Positions 1-10,549 of a stretch of 64,000 nucleotides of DNA are shown piece after piece. Each line of letters opens with the position of its first letter. Positions within the stretch are counted from its first letter, which is position 1. The position numbers and the translations under genes were made by a program. The notes under the pieces are model-generated. The model ran no database searches. It had not been told where the DNA came from and saw nothing but the letters and a program-made list of their open reading frames with translations. Source of the stretch: a virus; the IMG/VR virus record IMGVR_UViG_3300021960_006627, positions 15,804 through 79,803 of that record; one strand, written 5' to 3'.

Positions 1-2
1 AT

Positions 3-650
3 GGTGCTGAACACTGGGATGGCCGCTCATACATGGATCAACTAACACCTTTTGAACATACAGTGTGTCTTGATGCAGACATGTTATTCCTAAGAGATTA
101 TAGCCATTGGGCAGAATATTTTATTAAAAATTGCGAATTATATATTGCTAATAAATCATTTACCTACAGGGGAGATGTAGTAACAAATGATTATTACAGA
201 AAGTGTTTTACAGCAAACGATTTACCTAATTTATATTCCTTTTATACGTTTTTTGTTAAAGATAGTGCGTTAGCAAAAGATTTCTTTAACTTACAAAGAG
301 CAATTATTGAGAATCCTAATGAGTATGGTAATTTGTTTTTGACAAATTATAAGCCTAGCGTATTAGGAACGGATGAAGCATTTGCACTTGCTGCAAAAAT
401 ATTAGATGTAACTAATGAGATAGCATATCCTTTAGAATTTCCTAGAGTAGTTCATTGCAAGGGAATGATACAAGATTGGCCATGGCCCGCTGAAAGTGTA
501 TTTGATCACGTTGGATTTTATTTTAACACACAAGCACAATTAAAAATAGGAAATTATCAACAGCACGATATTGTTCATTATGTAGAGAAGGATAGAGTTA
601 CACTAGAAACAATAAACATTTTGGAGGAGATAGCATGGAAGAAAAATTAA
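3..650 (+). CDS. GT-A (GT8-like) glycosyltransferase, 5'-truncated by the window
   Basis: TPFEHTVCLDADMLF DxD motif; the frame is open from base 3 (GAEHWDGRSY-MDQ), so the true start lies upstream. Confidence 0.6.
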   Translation, partial: GAEHWDGRSYMDQLTPFEHTVCLDADMLFLRDYSHWAEYFIKNCELYIANKSFTYRGDVVTNDYYRKCFTANDLPNLYSFYTFFVKDSALAKDFFNLQRAIIENPNEYGNLFLTNYKPSVLGTDEAFALAAKILDVTNEIAYPLEFPRVVHCKGMIQDWPWPAESVFDHVGFYFNTQAQLKIGNYQQHDIVHYVEKDRVTLETINILEEIAWKKN

Positions 651-1270
651 AACTTCCTGATTTTGACGAATGGTTGAAAAACTATGTCGCACCAGAAGTA
701 AAGTATCTTGCTGCATATGATAAAGAGACTGGTAGAGTACTAGCAGTTGGCCCAGACTATTCCATTGATACTGATAGATTTAAAAATACAATTTCTATAG
801 AAAATAAAATAGCAGAAGACATAATCACAGGTGAAATAAGAATAAGCAAGTGTTTCATTGATGCAATGTCAGGAAAATTAGAAATAACAGAAGTAAAAAA
901 TTTACACAAGATTGATGATATTCTACATAGGATAGTGGAAGTTCAATGGAGTGAAGTTGAAAAACCTGATATATTCTTAACTTACAATAGTAATAATTTA
1001 ATTGTTGAATTGTCGGAAGAATTTAGCGGCACTAAAAAATTAGATGATAAATTCCAACCAGTATCAAAAAGGAATGTATTCTGGGATGGCGAAACTGAAT
1101 TAAATTTTTTAATTACTGACTATAATGATCCTCACGTTGTTTATGAGGAAGTAAATGTAAAAATAGGTGATTTAAAAAATGCTGTAGAATTTAAGAACTT
1201 AAAATTACCTAAAAGGTTTAGCATATACACCAGAAGATTATTTAAGAATTACGTGTTGGATATTAAATGA
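635..1270 (+). CDS. hypothetical protein
   Basis: 211-aa ORF with GGAGG SD, overlapping both neighbours. Confidence 0.75.
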   Translation: MEEKLKLPDFDEWLKNYVAPEVKYLAAYDKETGRVLAVGPDYSIDTDRFKNTISIENKIAEDIITGEIRISKCFIDAMSGKLEITEVKNLHKIDDILHRIVEVQWSEVEKPDIFLTYNSNNLIVELSEEFSGTKKLDDKFQPVSKRNVFWDGETELNFLITDYNDPHVVYEEVNVKIGDLKNAVEFKNLKLPKRFSIYTRRLFKNYVLDIK

Positions 1271-2175
1271 AAAAGGTAGTAGAGTTTGATGTTTTCTTTC
1301 TTAGTTATGATGAGCCCAATGCTGATCTAAACTATGCGGATCTCTGCAACAAGGTGCCTTGGGCCAAAAGAATACACGGTGTAAAGGGTTCGGATCATGC
1401 ACACAAGGCAGCAGCAGAACAATCAGAAACTGATTGGGTATTAACAGTGGATGCGGATAACATTGTGTATCCGGAATTCTTTGACATAGAAATAGACATG
1501 GACAATCCGGACATTCGTGCATACAGTTGGTGCGGCCGCAACAACGTGAATGGCCTGCGCTATGGCAATGGTGGATTGAAACTGTGGAATAGAGATCACG
1601 TGCTAAACATGAAGACGCATGAAAATGCTGATTCAGAAAGGGCACAGGTTGATTTTTGTTGGGAAGAAGGATACAGAAACTTTCCAAGAACATACAGCGA
1701 TACCGTAATCAACGCAACACCATACATGGCATGGCGTGCTGGATTCAGAGAAGGTGTCAAGATGACGCTGGATGGCGGACTAAAGGTGCCCGCACAGGAA
1801 ATTGAAAAGCGTGTGTGGTGGCATAACATTCATCGCTTAAGGCAGTGGAGCACTGTGGGCAGCCACACAGAGAATGGTCTGTTTGCAATCCTGGGTGCGA
1901 GGCAGGGCAACTATCTTACCAACTGCACGGACTGGGATCATGTGCGTGTGAGGGATTTTGAATTGCTAAAGGAAGAATACGAAACGCATGCCAAGAAATT
2001 TGAGAATGACGAAACGGCAATGATAGAGGAAATTAAATCATTGGGGGAAAAATTAAAACACGGCCTTGGGTTTAACTATCCGTATCTTGATCCTGCGATG
2101 AGCAAATACACCGTGGATCTATACAACGAATCCATTAACATGGGAACAACCTACTACAGCCAAACTTATGTATGA
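1267..2175 (+). CDS. GT-A-like phage glycosyltransferase
   Basis: FFLSYDEPNAD...HGVKGSDHAH...VLTVDADN (DxD), YGNGGLKLW, AWRAGFRE; paralogous to the next gene. Confidence 0.6.
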   Translation: MKKVVEFDVFFLSYDEPNADLNYADLCNKVPWAKRIHGVKGSDHAHKAAAEQSETDWVLTVDADNIVYPEFFDIEIDMDNPDIRAYSWCGRNNVNGLRYGNGGLKLWNRDHVLNMKTHENADSERAQVDFCWEEGYRNFPRTYSDTVINATPYMAWRAGFREGVKMTLDGGLKVPAQEIEKRVWWHNIHRLRQWSTVGSHTENGLFAILGARQGNYLTNCTDWDHVRVRDFELLKEEYETHAKKFENDETAMIEEIKSLGEKLKHGLGFNYPYLDPAMSKYTVDLYNESINMGTTYYSQTYV

Positions 2176-3223
2176 TGTATTTTATGTTAGCAGGGGAGCG
2201 GTAGATCAAGCGGCTTGGGAAAGTTTCAAGCAGCGTGTTCCCAATGCTCAGAAGGCAGAACACTGCGATACATTTGAAAAGGTAGCAAACAAATCACTCA
2301 CAAAACACTTCTGGGCAGTGTGGGATAACATAATCCTGGAGGATAGTTTTGAGTTTGACTATCGCATACCAGAGTGGGATGAAAAATATATCCACGTGTT
2401 CCGCAATGGTGCATACCATGATGGCATCTGCATATTTCCCAAGCGTGCAAGAATATTACAGAGAGAATGGGACTATCGTTTCTTTACCAACAAGAAGGAA
2501 ATGGATATTACTGCAAGCCAACCAGTTCCATATGATGTTGCTTTCATATCCTATCATGAAGAAAACGCAGAAACAAATTTTAATAAACTGCTTGAAAAAG
2601 CACCGCATGCGAAATGGACAAGAGATGTCAAGGGCATACACCAAGCACACATAGAAGCAGCAAGGCGTGCAACCACGGACATGTTCTACATAGTTGATGC
2701 GGATGCTGACGTGTTGGAAGATTTTAACTTTGACATGCAGATACCCTACTATGATTTTAATGCGAGAAAGAGCGTGTATGTTTGGCGCAGCCGTAATCCA
2801 ATAACGGATTTGGAATATGGATACGGTGGAGTAAAACTGTTTCCAAGAGAAGCAACGCTGAACATGGATACAAACACTCCGGACATGACCACGAGCCTTT
2901 CTGACAGTTTCCGTGCAATGGAACAAGTAAGTAACATAACAGCATTTAACACGGATGCATTCAGCACTTGGAAGAGCGCATTCAGAGAGTGTTGCAAGTT
3001 GGCAAGCAGAACCATACGGGGACAGAACGATGATGAAACGGATCAAAGACTTAGCAAGTGGTGTTCGGACTATGGGCGTGACAGACCTTTTGGCGACCAT
3101 GCGATCAATGGCGCCCGTGCTGGCAGGACTTATGGTGTGGCTAACAGTGCTAATCATGATGCTCTTAGGTTAATAAATGATTTTGATTGGTTAAAGGAAC
3201 AGTTTGATGCAGGACAAGGATAG
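2168..3223 (+). CDS. GT-A-like glycosyltransferase with a degenerate duplicated N-terminal domain
   Basis: MYDVFYVS and YDVAFISY repeats; FYIVDADA DxD; YGYGGVKLF; TWKSAFRE. Confidence 0.6.
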   Translation: MYDVFYVSRGAVDQAAWESFKQRVPNAQKAEHCDTFEKVANKSLTKHFWAVWDNIILEDSFEFDYRIPEWDEKYIHVFRNGAYHDGICIFPKRARILQREWDYRFFTNKKEMDITASQPVPYDVAFISYHEENAETNFNKLLEKAPHAKWTRDVKGIHQAHIEAARRATTDMFYIVDADADVLEDFNFDMQIPYYDFNARKSVYVWRSRNPITDLEYGYGGVKLFPREATLNMDTNTPDMTTSLSDSFRAMEQVSNITAFNTDAFSTWKSAFRECCKLASRTIRGQNDDETDQRLSKWCSDYGRDRPFGDHAINGARAGRTYGVANSANHDALRLINDFDWLKEQFDAGQG

Positions 3224-4568
3224 AATACAAAGTTTTGAGCCTATCATGGACGAGATATCGCCCACCTTCTGCATGGCCAAGTGGCACCATACCACAATAT
3301 ATCTGCAGACGGGAGAAACGCACAGTTGCTATCATCCCGCACCACACAAGATTCCACTGGAAGGATTGGAAGAGAATCCAAGCCAACTGCATAACACTCC
3401 ACAGAAGAAAGCGGAGCGACAGCAGATGATCAATGGCGAAAAGCCAAGCGGTTGCCAATACTGCTGGAACATTGAATGCATGGGCAAGGATTACATAAGC
3501 GATAGGAAGGAAAGAAATGCGAGTATCCATACTGAAGAAAGATTTGCTGCAATTAAGGCAGACCCTATGGCTGATGTTAATCCGCAGTATGTAGAAATTT
3601 CATTTGGTAATGAGTGTAACTTCAAGTGCGGTTACTGCCATCCCAAGCACAGCAGCACATATCACAAGGAGATTAGGGATCACGGTCCATACACCATGGT
3701 CAAGAATCATCGCAACGACATTGACTGGTTCAAGATACACAAGGAAGAGGACAATCCATACGTGAAAGCGTTTTGGAAGTGGTGGCCTGAACTGCGTAAG
3801 ACGCTTACAATTTTACGCATCACGGGAGGCGAGCCTCTGCTACAGCAGAGCACGTGGCGCATGTTTGATGAGTTGGAAAAGAATCCAATGCCCAACCTTG
3901 AACTAAACATCAATTCAAACTTTGGTGTCAAGCACATACTGATAGAACGATTTGCTGACAAGGTTAATAGTTTAGTGGAGAAAGGTTGCATCAAGGACTT
4001 CAAGGTATTCACCAGCATGGACACCTGGGGCGAACAGGCGGAATACATCCGCACTGGATTGGATTTGGAGTTATGGGAAAAGAACTTTGACACATACATG
4101 ACCAAGACCAATCATCCACTAACGTTCATGGTCACATTCAACATACTAACCGTTACCAACTTTCACAAATTGTTGGAGAAGTTCCTATACTGGCGCAAGA
4201 AGTATAACGGTAATGAACAAACCAAGTGGCAGCGCATACGCTTTGATACACCCTACCTAAAGGAGCCACTACAGTATGACATGAACATACTGCCCAAGGA
4301 ATACTTCATGCCCTACATGGAAAAGCATTTGCAGTTCATTAAGGACAACATGGATGATATGGATAGGCACAAGTTCAGCGAACTTGAATATGAAAAGTTT
4401 CGCCGCGTAGTTGATTACATGCGAACAACAAATTACTCTGCTGAGAAACTCGCAGAAGGTCACAAGGATTTTTTTAATTGGTTTGCAGAATACGACCGCA
4501 GACGCGGTCTTGACTTTGTCAAGACGTTTCCTGAACTGGAAGAATTTTATTATGACTGCGCCAAGTAA
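3207..4568 (+). CDS. radical SAM protein with N-terminal twitch/SPASM-like Fe-S domain
   Basis: CNFKCGYC (CxxxCxxC), TGGEPL; N-terminal C...SCYH...GCQYCW. Confidence 0.9.
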   Translation: MQDKDRIQSFEPIMDEISPTFCMAKWHHTTIYLQTGETHSCYHPAPHKIPLEGLEENPSQLHNTPQKKAERQQMINGEKPSGCQYCWNIECMGKDYISDRKERNASIHTEERFAAIKADPMADVNPQYVEISFGNECNFKCGYCHPKHSSTYHKEIRDHGPYTMVKNHRNDIDWFKIHKEEDNPYVKAFWKWWPELRKTLTILRITGGEPLLQQSTWRMFDELEKNPMPNLELNINSNFGVKHILIERFADKVNSLVEKGCIKDFKVFTSMDTWGEQAEYIRTGLDLELWEKNFDTYMTKTNHPLTFMVTFNILTVTNFHKLLEKFLYWRKKYNGNEQTKWQRIRFDTPYLKEPLQYDMNILPKEYFMPYMEKHLQFIKDNMDDMDRHKFSELEYEKFRRVVDYMRTTNYSAEKLAEGHKDFFNWFAEYDRRRGLDFVKTFPELEEFYYDCAK

Positions 4569-5742
4569 GACTTTTTGTATTCTACCTTGGATTCATCTAT
4601 ATTCAAATCCTGATGGAACGGTATTACCTTGCTGCGTTGGAGATTGGCAACAATCTATGGGCAATGTCCAGGATGGCGATCTTGGAACAGTGTTTAACAA
4701 TGAAAGTTTCAAGACAATGCGCAAAAATATGTTGGCTGGAGAAAAATGCAGCCAATGCACTGCATGTTATCGAGATGAGGATGCCGGTAATAGCAGTTTT
4801 CGCAAGCATTCAAATGAACAGTTTTCTAAATACATAGACGATGCAATTGCCAATACCAATCCAGATGGAACCCTTGACGATTTCAAACTGAGATATCTTG
4901 ACGTAAGGTGGAGCAATATCTGTAACTTTAAGTGCCGTTCATGTGGTCCGCTTTACTCGAGCAGTTGGGCGCAGGAGCATGGCAGCGAAAAAATCTTTAC
5001 CTATGCTGGCGGAGCAAACAATGATGCACTGTATGAACAGTTTTTACCCCATTTTGATACCATAGAGGAGTTTTATTTTGCCGGAGGCGAACCATTATTA
5101 ACTGACAAACATTACGATATCCTCGAATACTTAATTAAGCATGGAAGAACAGATGTAAAATTAAGATACAACACAAACATGAGCGTTTTAAAATACAAAG
5201 ATAAGAATGTGTTAGACATGTGGAAGCAGTTTTCTAACGTATATATCGGTGCTAGTTTAGATAGTTGGGGACCGCGTGCTGAATATATTAGGCATGGAAC
5301 TATATGGAATGTTATAGAACAAAATATTAGAACTGTAAGAGAACAAGCACCACACGTTCATATGCAAACAAATACAGTTGTATCTATTCTCAATATCAAA
5401 ACACTTACTAATTTTATTGACTACATGCTGGACAGTGGTTTGGTTGATACTAAAAATTACAATCCGCATTTTTATGTAATAATGAATCCTGAATTCTTAA
5501 GCCTACAACTTCTTACAGATGAAGAAATAGCAGATACTATAAAAAAATTAACAGAGTATGCTGATAACAAAGGCGGAAATATTAAAGAAGCACTACAAAC
5601 TGTTATTAATGGCTTAAAATCGACAAAACATAATCCTGATATTATACATAAATTTAAAATTACCATTGATCATCATGATAGAAAACGTAAAGAAGACGGA
5701 CCTCTTATATTTCCTGAACTAGAGGAGTTGATGGAAGAATGA
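4552..5742 (+). CDS. radical SAM protein with N-terminal twitch/SPASM-like domain
   Basis: CNFKCRSC, AGGEPL; N-terminal FCILPW..PDGTVLPCC..GN..CTACY; start moved to MTAPSK. Confidence 0.9.
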   Translation: MTAPSKTFCILPWIHLYSNPDGTVLPCCVGDWQQSMGNVQDGDLGTVFNNESFKTMRKNMLAGEKCSQCTACYRDEDAGNSSFRKHSNEQFSKYIDDAIANTNPDGTLDDFKLRYLDVRWSNICNFKCRSCGPLYSSSWAQEHGSEKIFTYAGGANNDALYEQFLPHFDTIEEFYFAGGEPLLTDKHYDILEYLIKHGRTDVKLRYNTNMSVLKYKDKNVLDMWKQFSNVYIGASLDSWGPRAEYIRHGTIWNVIEQNIRTVREQAPHVHMQTNTVVSILNIKTLTNFIDYMLDSGLVDTKNYNPHFYVIMNPEFLSLQLLTDEEIADTIKKLTEYADNKGGNIKEALQTVINGLKSTKHNPDIIHKFKITIDHHDRKRKEDGPLIFPELEELMEE

Positions 5743-6965
5743 AAATCTACTTTGACACACTGCAAAATAACGACTCTAATCAGAACCAACTAGCCTCAAA
5801 CGGTAAAAATGACTATTGGTTAGTTGCACCAGGAGCACCTATCAAACAAAAGTGTATGGAAATGCAGTTAGATGTTTCGAAGTTAACAGATCTTAACGAA
5901 AAAGGAATATATTTTGTGGATGTAAGGGGAGATCCCAATTGGTGGGCAGGAGTATTGACTAATGCAGGAGTCCCACATAGGCACATATTGTCCAGCCTAA
6001 CCAAGGAAATAAGAAAACTAGCCAAGGAAAAGAAGATTAGGATCGTAATTAATGCGGATAGAGAAGGCGGACCCATGATTACACAGCATTGGGATTGCTT
6101 TTTAACCACGCATATCGCAATGGTTGAACTTGGATTGCCCAAGGACAGCGTTCTAATACTACAGGGCAATAAGAAGATAGAGCATCAGTATCGCAGATGG
6201 CTAAAAGCCAAGGGCCTGGATAGGCTGTATGATGTAATGTATAGCAATCACTTCGGAAACATATTCGGAGATGATAAACTACCAACTGCTCCTGTCATAA
6301 AATATGCCATGGCAAATCCTAACAGCAAGGATTACAACAGCCTTAATAGAGTTTATCGTCCTCAGCGAGGCGCACACCTATATAGATTAATAAAGGATGG
6401 AGCATTGAACAAAGGAATAGTAAGTGGCAATGAAATAAGACTAAGAGATAGAGATACCGAAAGTCTAGTAGGAGATTATTCGGACATAGCCAAGGAGTTT
6501 CCTAAATTCATAGACGGAGATTGGAGCAAGATAAATGCTGCCAATCAGTATAATGTTGAAATTTATAAAAATAGTTTGCTTACTGTGATCACAGAAACCA
6601 TATTCCTACACGATGTTGCATTCATCACGGAAAAGATATTCAAACCCATCACAATGGGGCATCCACTAATACTATTTGCCAGCCAAGGAACCCTGAGATG
6701 CCTGGAGGACATGGGCTTTAGAACGGACTGGTGCGGAATAGATCCTGCATACAATGATATACAAGATAATGTTGAACGCTTTAATGCCACGCAGCAGATT
6801 CTCAATGATTGGATCGCACTGCCACAGGAAGAAAAGATAGCAAGATTAGAAAAGAGCATGGATACAATTCAGCACAATTTTGATTTAATAAGGCGTAGTG
6901 ACTTCTATGCGGATGCAATTAGAGAAGCAGTTGCCAGAACGGAGAAGTATTATGAAACCGTTTAA
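5739..6965 (+). CDS. putative GT-B glycosyltransferase (GT10-like TEK motif)
   Basis: VITET...FITEKIFKPITMGHP; paralog of 7713..8864. Confidence 0.5.
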   Translation: MKIYFDTLQNNDSNQNQLASNGKNDYWLVAPGAPIKQKCMEMQLDVSKLTDLNEKGIYFVDVRGDPNWWAGVLTNAGVPHRHILSSLTKEIRKLAKEKKIRIVINADREGGPMITQHWDCFLTTHIAMVELGLPKDSVLILQGNKKIEHQYRRWLKAKGLDRLYDVMYSNHFGNIFGDDKLPTAPVIKYAMANPNSKDYNSLNRVYRPQRGAHLYRLIKDGALNKGIVSGNEIRLRDRDTESLVGDYSDIAKEFPKFIDGDWSKINAANQYNVEIYKNSLLTVITETIFLHDVAFITEKIFKPITMGHPLILFASQGTLRCLEDMGFRTDWCGIDPAYNDIQDNVERFNATQQILNDWIALPQEEKIARLEKSMDTIQHNFDLIRRSDFYADAIREAVARTEKYYETV

Positions 6966-7713
6966 TGAATACAAGAGATTCTTTGCGTTTGGTTGCAGCC
7001 TAACAAACTACAACTGGCCCACATGGGCTGACATAATAGCAACCGAAGTTCCAGAGTATTACAACTATGGACAGAGTGGTGGCGGCAATCTATTCATAGC
7101 CAACAGCATTGTGGAAGCAAACCTCACACACAAATTTACTGAAGATGATTTGGTTATCGTTATGTGGAGCAGCGTTAGCAGGGAGGATAGATATAAGAAC
7201 AACAGATGGGAAACACCGGGAAACATATACACCCAGGGCGTGATAGACATGGAGTTCGTATATAAGTGGGCAGATGATAGATTCTATCTTATGAGAGATC
7301 TAGGATTGGTTGAACAGACTAGAGTTTATCTTGAACATCTGCCATGCGACTCGGACATGTTAAAGATGGTGGATTTTGAGGAAACAAAAATGTCTGACAA
7401 TATAAAAGGAAATCATCTAGAGGACATATTAAAACTATATTCATCAACGCTTGAATGCGTAAAACCCGCAGTGGTTGATGTTGTGTATGACGGCGTATGG
7501 CCCCAAACACCGATCAAGGGTTGGGGAGGCAAGGGTCAGACAGCAGACTATCATCCCACTCCACTGGGCTATCTTAAATATCTTGAAAAGTTTTATCCAG
7601 TCACTGATGGCATGAGAAGTTATGCACAGGAATATGAGAAGAAAGTATTAGAGTGTAAGACACTGGATGACACACTTAAATTCTGGACACCAAGCGGAGT
7701 GAGTAGATTATAA
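6952..7713 (+). CDS. SGNH/GDSL-like hydrolase or acyltransferase
   Basis: FAFGCSLT block I, NYGQSGGGN block II, DYHP block V. Confidence 0.6.
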   Translation: MKPFNEYKRFFAFGCSLTNYNWPTWADIIATEVPEYYNYGQSGGGNLFIANSIVEANLTHKFTEDDLVIVMWSSVSREDRYKNNRWETPGNIYTQGVIDMEFVYKWADDRFYLMRDLGLVEQTRVYLEHLPCDSDMLKMVDFEETKMSDNIKGNHLEDILKLYSSTLECVKPAVVDVVYDGVWPQTPIKGWGGKGQTADYHPTPLGYLKYLEKFYPVTDGMRSYAQEYEKKVLECKTLDDTLKFWTPSGVSRL

Positions 7714-8864
7714 TGCCCTGCATAAACAAAGATAACCTACCATACGTTTTAACCTACAGCCTGCACGACAAGGAAATTGTTAAAATAAATCCCAATGTTG
7801 GAGTTCGTGCCAAGGATCATGAACCTTATGATTTTTTCTACATACAATTTTCAAATGCTGATAGTTTCAAAATGTTTAGCATAGAAAATATGGTACCTGA
7901 AGATGTTTTGCAGAAAATTAGGAATAGAGAAGTTTTTCTAATGCTTGACAACGGACTGGAACACTTTTATGAATGTGCGGATGCAATTTATCAAGACATT
8001 GTCATCAAGCACAACATACCAGCAGAGCAGATAATATTTCTTTCTGCGATTCCTGATATGAATAAACACGTTGCTAAGGTTGCACGCCAATTACAGCAAT
8101 CTGAAATAAAAGTAGATTGGTTTAGCCTATTTGAAGCCACGGGCAAGGATGCGGCAAGAAATAGTCCAATGGCTCTGCCAAAGAAAAAAGAATATACCAA
8201 GAAGTTTTTAAATCTTAATAGGCGTTGGAGGCTACACCGTCCACTGCTTTTAACTCTTCTCAAATCAAAAAATTTATTGGATGAAGGATACATAAGTTTT
8301 GCACCTAGTGATGATAATAAAGGTTGGAATCATGTATATCCCCAACTACAGTATCTACACCGCGACAACAAGAAAATATCCGCAATATTGGAACAGAATA
8401 AAGACATCGTGGGCATGAAACCCTTGTACCTTGACACAAAGGATCTTGTTACTAACAGAGCAATACATGAAAACTCCATAAATGAATTTTACATGGAAAC
8501 CTATTTCAGCATAGTTAATGAAACTACGTATTATGAAGGAGTTCCTTTTTTAAGTGAAAAGATATTTAAAACCATTGCAATGGGGCATCCGTTCATAATG
8601 GTAACAGCAGCCAACAGCCTACAGTATTTGAAGGAACTTGGATATAAAACTTATGCTCCATTCATAGATGAATCCTATGATACCATAAAGGATGATGGTG
8701 ATAGGATGCTGGCTATTTTGGATGAGGTTAATAGGCTTTGCAAAATGAGTCCAAAGGAATTGCGCAAGACATGGTTGCCAAACGTAAGAACAATAGCAAG
8801 GCACAATAGAAGCATTTTGGTAGGCAAGGATTATGAAAAATTAATAAGGACCATGAACTACTAG
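7713..8864 (+). CDS. putative GT-B glycosyltransferase (GT10-like)
   Basis: FLNLNRRWRLHR; IVNET...FLSEKIFKTIAMGHPF. Confidence 0.5.
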   Translation: MPCINKDNLPYVLTYSLHDKEIVKINPNVGVRAKDHEPYDFFYIQFSNADSFKMFSIENMVPEDVLQKIRNREVFLMLDNGLEHFYECADAIYQDIVIKHNIPAEQIIFLSAIPDMNKHVAKVARQLQQSEIKVDWFSLFEATGKDAARNSPMALPKKKEYTKKFLNLNRRWRLHRPLLLTLLKSKNLLDEGYISFAPSDDNKGWNHVYPQLQYLHRDNKKISAILEQNKDIVGMKPLYLDTKDLVTNRAIHENSINEFYMETYFSIVNETTYYEGVPFLSEKIFKTIAMGHPFIMVTAANSLQYLKELGYKTYAPFIDESYDTIKDDGDRMLAILDEVNRLCKMSPKELRKTWLPNVRTIARHNRSILVGKDYEKLIRTMNY

Positions 8865-9006
8865 CACCGTTTTAAGGCGCCTTAAACGCATTTTAAGCGT
8901 CATACAGCGGTGGTATTAGGTGTAGTGCTATAGTTGAACCCAAGCACAAAAACCAGGTTTAAAAGGCGCTTAAATGCGTTTTTGTAAATACTTTTGGTAT
9001 AACGGT
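8865..9006. repeat. palindrome- and inverted-repeat-rich intergenic element
   Basis: perfect 16-bp palindrome TTTAAGGCGCCTTAAA at 8871-8886; arms AAACGCATTTTAAGCG (8884-8899) and CGCTTAAATGCGTTT (8967-8981). Confidence 0.7.
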
Positions 9007-9019
9007 AAAGGAACGATAA

Positions 9020-10195
9020 ATGAAAATTGGATTTATAGGATTGGGTAAATTGGGCTTGCCCTGCGCAGAAGTAGTAGCCCAAAAAGGACATGACGTAACC
9101 GGGTATGATATAGTTGATGTCCAAACAGATAAAGTCCAATTTAAGACTACCATAGAAGATTGTGTTAAGGATAGAGAAATAGTATTTGTTGCTGTTCCTA
9201 CACCACACGATCCTGCATATGATGGCAGGGCACCTACGGCACACCTTGAACCAAAGGATTTTTCATACGATATAGTCCAAAGTGTTCTCAAGGAAGCAAA
9301 TGAATACATGAACAAGGATCAATTGCTTGTTCTTATATCAACTGTGTTACCTGGAACAGTACGCCGAGAATTTTATCCGTTAGTAACTAATACTAGATTT
9401 GTTTATAATCCATATCTTATTGCAATGGGAACAGTGGCATGGGATATGGTCAATCCTGATATTGTTATGATAGGAACTGAAGATGGAAGCGCCACAGGTG
9501 ATGCGATTGAACTGGTTAGATTCTATCAAACCATAATGGAAAACAATCCCAAGTATGAAATCGGAACCTGGGATGAATGTGAATGCATCAAGGTATTCTA
9601 CAACACATTCATTTCAACCAAGATTGGTTTAGTTAATATGATGCAGGATGTTGCTGAGCGACAGGGCAACATAAACGTGGATAAGGTTACCGAAGCATTA
9701 TCAAACTGCACAAAGAGAATTACAAGTTCAGCATACATGAAGGCAGGCATGGGAGATGGCGGCGGCTGCCATCCAAGAGACAATATCGCACTTCGTTATA
9801 TGGCAGACAAATTAAATCTAGGTTACGATTTGTTTGATGCCGTGATGAATGCACGTGAAAAGCAAGCCAAGAACATGGCTGAAAAATTAGTCGCACTTGC
9901 CAAGGAACATGACCTTCCTATATTATTAAATGGAATAGCATACAAGCCAGGAGTCCCATATCAGGACGGTAGTTACAGTCTATTGGTAGGTCATTATTGC
10001 CATGAATTAGGAAGAGGTCCAATGACTATTGATCCTGCTATTGATTTGGGCAATGGAATGGAATTTAGAGCAGTCGTTCTTCTTGCTCATCCTACTCTTT
10101 ATGTTAAACTCTCAAGTGATAGCATTGTGGTCGATCCTTGGAGAGAACATACTTCGGACAATTATAAAGTTATTCATTACGGAAATACCAGATAA
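9020..10195 (+). CDS. ugd: UDP-glucose/GDP-mannose dehydrogenase family protein
   Basis: GLGKLG Rossmann motif, FVAVPTP, STVLPGT, GGGCHPRD catalytic Cys, GIAYKP. Confidence 0.9.
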   Translation: MKIGFIGLGKLGLPCAEVVAQKGHDVTGYDIVDVQTDKVQFKTTIEDCVKDREIVFVAVPTPHDPAYDGRAPTAHLEPKDFSYDIVQSVLKEANEYMNKDQLLVLISTVLPGTVRREFYPLVTNTRFVYNPYLIAMGTVAWDMVNPDIVMIGTEDGSATGDAIELVRFYQTIMENNPKYEIGTWDECECIKVFYNTFISTKIGLVNMMQDVAERQGNINVDKVTEALSNCTKRITSSAYMKAGMGDGGGCHPRDNIALRYMADKLNLGYDLFDAVMNAREKQAKNMAEKLVALAKEHDLPILLNGIAYKPGVPYQDGSYSLLVGHYCHELGRGPMTIDPAIDLGNGMEFRAVVLLAHPTLYVKLSSDSIVVDPWREHTSDNYKVIHYGNTR

Positions 10196-10226
10196 AAAAA
10201 GGGCCATTTAGGCCCTTTCTTGTTTT
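10195..10226. terminator. bidirectional intrinsic terminator at a convergent junction
   Basis: AAAGGGCC-ATTTA-GGCCCTTT with flanking A and T tracts. Confidence 0.8.
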
Positions 10227-10237
10227 AGTTGGAGAAA

Positions 10238-10546
10238 CTAAAATATTTTATCTGTGCGATTTTTTATTTCGTCTTTCAATTTTTGAATATTAATCTTAAA
10301 GTCTATCTTTTTAATCGTATCTTTGTATTCAGATAGAGTATCCAACAACCTCTTTGCAACATCATTTGGATCTGCATCTTTGAGTTGTTCTCTAATATCT
10401 ATCTGCCAAACACGACCATCGTTAAATTCTAAGATCATAGTATCCACATAAGCGACCGGCATGGTATTCATATACAAATCTTCGAATACTTCTGGCCACT
10501 CCTTAACAATGTGCTTCGGCGGTCTAAAGTACTGCCTATGCGTCAC
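10238..10546 (-). CDS. hypothetical protein
   Basis: ORF in a tightly packed minus-strand operon. Confidence 0.7.
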   Translation of the reverse strand: MTHRQYFRPPKHIVKEWPEVFEDLYMNTMPVAYVDTMILEFNDGRVWQIDIREQLKDADPNDVAKRLLDTLSEYKDTIKKIDFKINIQKLKDEIKNRTDKIF

Positions 10547-10549
10547 TGT

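Noticed and set aside
2456-3157. 233-aa minus-strand ORF
   Set aside because: Antisense to a glycosyltransferase in a coupled plus-strand operon
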